A stretch of 56,860 nt of DNA from contig CAVSBT010000007.1 in assembly GCA_963726245.1 (NCBI GenBank), positions 1 to 56,860 on the forward strand. Reading direction: 5' to 3'. The notes under the pieces are model-generated. The model was not told the origin of the DNA, ran no database searches, and saw only the letters and a program-made list of their open reading frames with translations. The stretch is from an uncultured Chloroflexia bacterium (GTDB taxonomy: Bacteria > Chloroflexota > Dehalococcoidia > DSTF01 > JALHUB01). Below, in pieces: positions 51,589 through 56,860 of the stretch (its first letter is position 1; each line of letters opens with the position of its first letter). A program made the translations under genes and the position numbers.

Positions 51589-52305
51589 TCACGACCGCAC
51601 CGCCGCCAGCGCCTCCTCCAGCGCCAGCCCCCCGTCGTACAGGGCGCGGCCGACGATGGCGCCCTCCACGCCCAGCTTCGCCAGGCGCCGCAGGTGCTCG
51701 GCGGTGGTGACACCGCCCGACGCGATAAGCGGGGTCCGGAAGGCCCGCGCCAGCCGCCCGATGGCCGCGAAGTTGGGCCCGCGCAGCGTGCCGTCGCGGC
51801 TGATGTCGGTGAAGATGAAGCGGGGCACGCCCAGCTCCGCCAGGCGCCGCATGAGCCCCTCGGGCGTCTCGCCGCTGGCCTCCCGCCAGCCCGCCGTCGC
51901 CACGCGGCCGCGACGGGCGTCCACGGCCACCACCACGCCCTCTCGGAACGTGGCGCAGGCCCGGCTGACGAGCGGCTGGTCGTGGACGGCGGCCGTCCCC
52001 AGGATCACGCGGTCGGCGCCCTTCTCCAGGTAGCGGGCGATGACGTCTAGCTGGCGGATGCCGCCCGCCACCTGCACCGGTATCTCGATGGCGGAGAGCA
52101 GCTCCTCGATAACGCGGTCGTTCACCGGTTGGCCGGCGCGCGCCCCATCGAGGTCCACCACGTGCAGGCGGGGTGCGCCCAGCCGCTCCCAGCGGCGGGC
52201 CATGGCCACCGGGTCCTCCGAGAAGACCGTCTCGCGGTCGTAGTCGCCCTGGTAGAGGCGGACGCAGCGCCCGCCCCGTATGTCGACGGCGGGGATCACC
52301 TCCAC
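51589..52305 (-). CDS. hisA: ProFAR isomerase
   Basis: VIPAVDIRGGRCVRLYQGD, HVVDLDGA, TDISRDG. Confidence 0.96.
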   Translation of the reverse strand: MEVIPAVDIRGGRCVRLYQGDYDRETVFSEDPVAMARRWERLGAPRLHVVDLDGARAGQPVNDRVIEELLSAIEIPVQVAGGIRQLDVIARYLEKGADRVILGTAAVHDQPLVSRACATFREGVVVAVDARRGRVATAGWREASGETPEGLMRRLAELGVPRFIFTDISRDGTLRGPNFAAIGRLARAFRTPLIASGGVTTAEHLRRLAKLGVEGAIVGRALYDGGLALEEALAAVRS

Positions 52306-52315
52306 GGGAGAGGCC

Positions 52316-52720
52316 TCACTTCTGGTCCTCGGCGGGCTCGCCGCGCCGCTTGAGTTCGCGCTCAATCATGCGGCGCTCCGCCTCCATGCCCCATAAGTTG
52401 GGGAACACAAACGCGGAGAGGAAGTCGAAGAGCAGGAACGCTCCCCAGATGCCTGCCACCCACTGCACCCAGAAGCCGCCCCCGGTGAGGGCGTCGAAGG
52501 CCAGGAGAACGAGATTGACGATCACATACGTCGTCAGGTCCCGGTAGAATCGGAGGCGCCGGCGCACCCGGCGCCGCGCAGCGCTGTACGCATCGTCGGC
52601 CGTACCAGCTCTGAACCGGAATCGCCGGCCGTGACCACGGCCCAATCGGATGCGGCCCACCGGGCTATCGATATCGACGCCCTCGAAGGGCTCATCATCC
52701 TCGCGCTCTGTGTCTTCCAT
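52316..52720 (-). CDS. 2TM domain protein
   Basis: ARRRV..FYRDLTTYVIVN..WVQW..WG pattern. Confidence 0.75.
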   Translation of the reverse strand: MEDTEREDDEPFEGVDIDSPVGRIRLGRGHGRRFRFRAGTADDAYSAARRRVRRRLRFYRDLTTYVIVNLVLLAFDALTGGGFWVQWVAGIWGAFLLFDFLSAFVFPNLWGMEAERRMIERELKRRGEPAEDQK

Positions 52721-52816
52721 AATCACCCCCCGACCGAGGCATGCGCCCCGATTCGCGACGGCTCGTGCTCGGACCCGCCGAACCCTGGCTCCCGACGCGA
52801 CGGATGCGCACCTCGG

Positions 52817-53434
52817 CTAGCGAGCCCCATTGGCAGCGCGCAGGAAGTTCGCGTAGAAGCGCAGACCCAGCTCGCCGCTCTTCTCCGGGTGGAACAGCGT
52901 CGCCACCAGGCTGTCGACGGCGACCGCGCAGGTGAAGGTGACGCCGTAGTCCGTCTCCCCGACAACCACAGACTCGTCCTCGGGGTCCGGATAGTAGCTG
53001 TGCACGAAGTAGAAGTATGTCCCATCCGGGATCCCGTCGAAGACGGGGTGCGGCCGGCGCTGGCGGACACGGTTCCAGCCCATGTGCGGCACCTTCAGGC
53101 CCCCGGGCAGGCGGCGCACCCGACCGGGGATGACGCCGAGGCACTCGTGCTCGCCGCCCTCCTCGCTGACGGTGAGGAGCGCCTGGAGGCCCATGCAGAC
53201 GCCCAGGAAGGGGCGCCCGGCGGCAATGTGCTGGCGTATGGGCTCCACCAGGCCGCGCTCGCGCAGGTTGCGCATGGTGTCGGCCGCGGCGCCTTGACCC
53301 GGCACGATGAGCACGTCGGCCGAAGCCGTGTCCTCCGGCCGGCCGCTGATCAGCGGCTCGAAGCCGGCACGCTCCACCGCCCGCGCCACGCTGCGCAAGT
53401 TGCCCGCGCTGTAATCGACAATGACGACTTTCAC
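52817..53434 (-). CDS. hisH: Imidazole glycerol phosphate synthase glutaminase subunit (probably leaderless)
   Basis: GNLRSV, PGQG, GVCMG, PHMGWN, FVHSY, FHPEKS; TGTTAGAAT 6 nt before GTG. Confidence 0.96.
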   Translation of the reverse strand: MKVVIVDYSAGNLRSVARAVERAGFEPLISGRPEDTASADVLIVPGQGAAADTMRNLRERGLVEPIRQHIAAGRPFLGVCMGLQALLTVSEEGGEHECLGVIPGRVRRLPGGLKVPHMGWNRVRQRRPHPVFDGIPDGTYFYFVHSYYPDPEDESVVVGETDYGVTFTCAVAVDSLVATLFHPEKSGELGLRFYANFLRAANGAR

Positions 53435-53541
53435 GGCGTCATTCTAACATTCCCCCACCTCAGATTTCACAAACGGCGTCCACGGCAGTCTTATTAGTAG
53501 GACCAAGGCAACCGTAGCCAAGGGACGAAGGGAGGGAGCAG

Positions 53542-53919
53542 GTGTTTTCCATTCTTGACGACATCACCATCGGGACGGAGGCGGCGCTGCGCGAAGACGA
53601 AGTACAGCGCCTGCTGACGGAACGCGCGGCTCGGCGGCGCGAGAGCAGCCCCGACTCGAGAGCGTGGCGCTGGCGCGTCGAGCCGGGGAAAGAGGTGGAG
53701 TTCGATCACCTGCGGAGCTGGCTCCTCTCCGGTCTACCAGAGGGACCGAGGGAGACGGCAGCTTTCCCGCATCGCCAGAGAGAAGACCTCGCGACTTCCC
53801 GGCGGCCATCGCCGGTGCGCCTCGGCGCACGGCTGGCCGGCCGCGCCGCCATGAGGGCAGGGCGGCTGCTGCTACAATGGGGGGACGCGGCCGACGAAAC
53901 TGAGACGAGCGCGGCCTAG
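53542..53919 (+). CDS. Hypothetical protein, first gene of the ECF-ogt unit
   Basis: SD GGAGGGAG before GTG; ends 12 nt before the sigma factor. Confidence 0.55.
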   Translation: MFSILDDITIGTEAALREDEVQRLLTERAARRRESSPDSRAWRWRVEPGKEVEFDHLRSWLLSGLPEGPRETAAFPHRQREDLATSRRPSPVRLGARLAGRAAMRAGRLLLQWGDAADETETSAA

Positions 53920-53931
53920 GGGTAGGAGAAC

Positions 53932-54420
53932 GTGACGGCTCCCGCCTTCGAGACACTGCTGGACCGGCATCAGAGGGAAATCATGGGCTACATAGTGCGC
54001 AGCCTGGACGACCACGACCTGGCCCAGGACGTCTTCCAAGAGACCTTCCTTCGCGCCTTTCGGGCCTACAAGAGGCTCCCGGCGGACGCCAACCACCGCG
54101 CCTGGCTCTACAGGATCGCCTCCAACGCCTGCCACGACGCCCGACGCCAGCGCGCCCGCTCGCCGCTGCCCCTCTACGAGTCCGTGGCGGCGCCCGCCCG
54201 CTCCGACGGGACGATCCATGCCCTCGCGGGAGCCGTCGCGGCGTTCGTGGGCTCGCTGCCGGCGCGACAGCGGCAGGCCGTGGTCCTGCGCAAGTTCCAG
54301 GGCATGGACTACGACGAGATTGCCGCTGTTTTGGACTGCTCGCCGGAGGCGGCGAGGGCGAACGTATACCAGGGCCTGCGCAAGGTGCGCGCCCACTTCG
54401 CCGAGGTGGATCATGACTAA
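53932..54420 (+). CDS. ECF RNA polymerase sigma factor
   Basis: Region 2 AQDVFQETFLRAF..WLYRIASN; region 4 LPARQRQAVVL..YDEIAAVL. Confidence 0.93.
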   Translation: MTAPAFETLLDRHQREIMGYIVRSLDDHDLAQDVFQETFLRAFRAYKRLPADANHRAWLYRIASNACHDARRQRARSPLPLYESVAAPARSDGTIHALAGAVAAFVGSLPARQRQAVVLRKFQGMDYDEIAAVLDCSPEAARANVYQGLRKVRAHFAEVDHD

Positions 54421-55140
54421 GCGACCGCTGTTTCGAAGAAGAAGACCTGCTGGCTCTCCTGGCCGGTGACCAGTCGCCCGAAGAGTGGCGGGAGCACATG
54501 GAGGGTGCCTCGACTGCCGCCGCTGTTCTCGGCGCAGGAGCCGCTGCAGCGCGCCCTGGAGGAGCCCGCCAGCCAGCCCACCGACGCGCAGGTGAAGGCG
54601 GCCCGCGCCCGCCTGGAGGAGGCGCTGCGTAGCCCGAAGCCCACCGCCTACTACGACGTCTGGCGCGACACGCCCGTGGGACCCCTCTTCCTCGCCGTGT
54701 CGGAGCGCGGGCTGTGCGCCATCTCCTTCCGCAGCTCGCTGGACGATTTCCTGCGAGGCATGGAGCGGCGCGGCTTCCGGCCGGCGCACGGCCCCGAGCG
54801 GGTCCGGGAGGCGGTACAGCAGCTGCGGGACTACTTCGCCGGGCGGCGGCGCCGCTTCGACATGACGGTGGACCTGGCGGGCCAGACGCCCTTCCAGCGC
54901 CAGGTGCTGGAGGCGGCGGCCCAGGGTCCCGGCAGGCGCCGTGGCCAGCTACGGCGAGATCGCGCGGGCCATCGGCAGGCCCACGGCCACGCGGGCCGTC
55001 GGCGCCGCCCTGGGCCAGAACCCGGTGCCCATCGTCGTGCCCTGCCATCGCATCATCGGCAGCGACGGCGGCCTGCACGGCTACGGCGGCGGCCTGGACA
55101 TCAAGGAGAAGCTGCTGCGGCTGGAGGGCGCGCCGATTAA
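54413..55140 (+). CDS. ogt: Methylated-DNA--protein-cysteine methyltransferase with putative N-terminal ZAS zinc motif; multiple indels
   Basis: [40 protein letters not shown]; ATG overlaps the sigma 3' end. Confidence 0.85.
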
Positions 55141-55168
55141 GTAGGGGCGCACGGCCGTGCGCCCCTAC
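55141..55168. repeat. GTAG-type REP palindrome
   Basis: Identical to 38201-38228. Confidence 0.85.
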
Positions 55169-55209
55169 CCGCCGTGCGCTGGCGCCTCACGCTACCCGGG
55201 GAAGAGTGC

Positions 55210-55713
55210 CTATCTCGCGTCCAGCATCCTCTGCATGTGGACCACGTCCAGCCAGCGGCCGAACTTGAAGCCCACCTCAGGAAACGTGCCCACGTGCCGG
55301 AAGCCGAATCGCTCGTGGAGGCGAACGCTCACCGTGTTGTCGCCGTCGATCAGGGCCATGATGGAGTGGAACCCGCCACTCTGGGCCGCCTCGATCAGCC
55401 GGTCGAGTAAGGCGGCGCCGATGCCCCGGCGGCGGAAGTCCTTGTGGACGTAGATCGAGTCCTCTGCCGTGAACCGGTAGCCCGGCTTCGCGCGGAACGG
55501 CGACAGGCTGCCCCAACCGACCACTGAGCCTTCCACCGTAGCGACGAACACCTGGTACGGCGGGCGATGCTCCTCGAACCACCGCTGCTGCTCGTCCCAG
55601 GTCCGCGGCTCCAGGTCGAAGGTGGCCGTGGAGCCGAGAACGGCGTCGTTGTAGATGTCGAGGATGGCGCGCTGGTCGGCCGCCGTGGCCTCGCGAACAA
55701 CGTACTCATCCAC
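55210..55713 (-). CDS. GNAT acetyltransferase (phosphinothricin/methionine sulfoximine, YncA-like)
   Basis: IYNDAV..TATF, EDSIYV, RRRGIG, SVRLHERFGF, VGFKFGRWLD. Confidence 0.9.
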   Translation of the reverse strand: MDEYVVREATAADQRAILDIYNDAVLGSTATFDLEPRTWDEQQRWFEEHRPPYQVFVATVEGSVVGWGSLSPFRAKPGYRFTAEDSIYVHKDFRRRGIGAALLDRLIEAAQSGGFHSIMALIDGDNTVSVRLHERFGFRHVGTFPEVGFKFGRWLDVVHMQRMLDAR

Positions 55714-55779
55714 GGCTGCTGTCCCCCTCTCGCCGCCAATCATACGCGATGCACATTACGAGTGTGTTTCGTCGCGTAG

Positions 55780-56860
<1,081 letters not shown>

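Overview
A high-GC bacterial chromosomal segment. The gene set and order (GNAT/R3H-AAA/tmk, pdxST, usp-trkA-trkA-pheA, translin-like gene, FtsH N-terminus) suggest Chloroflexota, probably Dehalococcoidia-like; this is inference. Many genes, including ftsH, are split by single-base indels, most simply explained by long-read consensus errors. The left ~21 kb is accessory-like. It holds an Arn-like amino-sugar surface-modification operon next to a two-component system, a DUF4242-cyclase fusion, fhs, a SipW/TasA-like secreted-fibre cluster with a 258-bp tandem duplication, and a folE/reductase operon. The rest is mostly housekeeping: thiolase, ABC exporter, tmk, pdxST, trkA, pheA, Fpg/Nei, murJ, rpsT, LCP, rnhB, ftsH, rplU-rpmA-rpmE, tusA/dsrE, his genes and partial ligA, with scattered GTAG-type REP palindromes. 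The best candidate for a new system is an ECF sigma factor coupled to an O6-alkylguanine methyltransferase (Ogt). Once frameshifts are repaired, the Ogt N-terminus reads as a zinc anti-sigma (ZAS) motif, suggesting an Ada-independent alkylation sensor. No tRNA, rRNA, CRISPR array, integrase or transposase was recognised.
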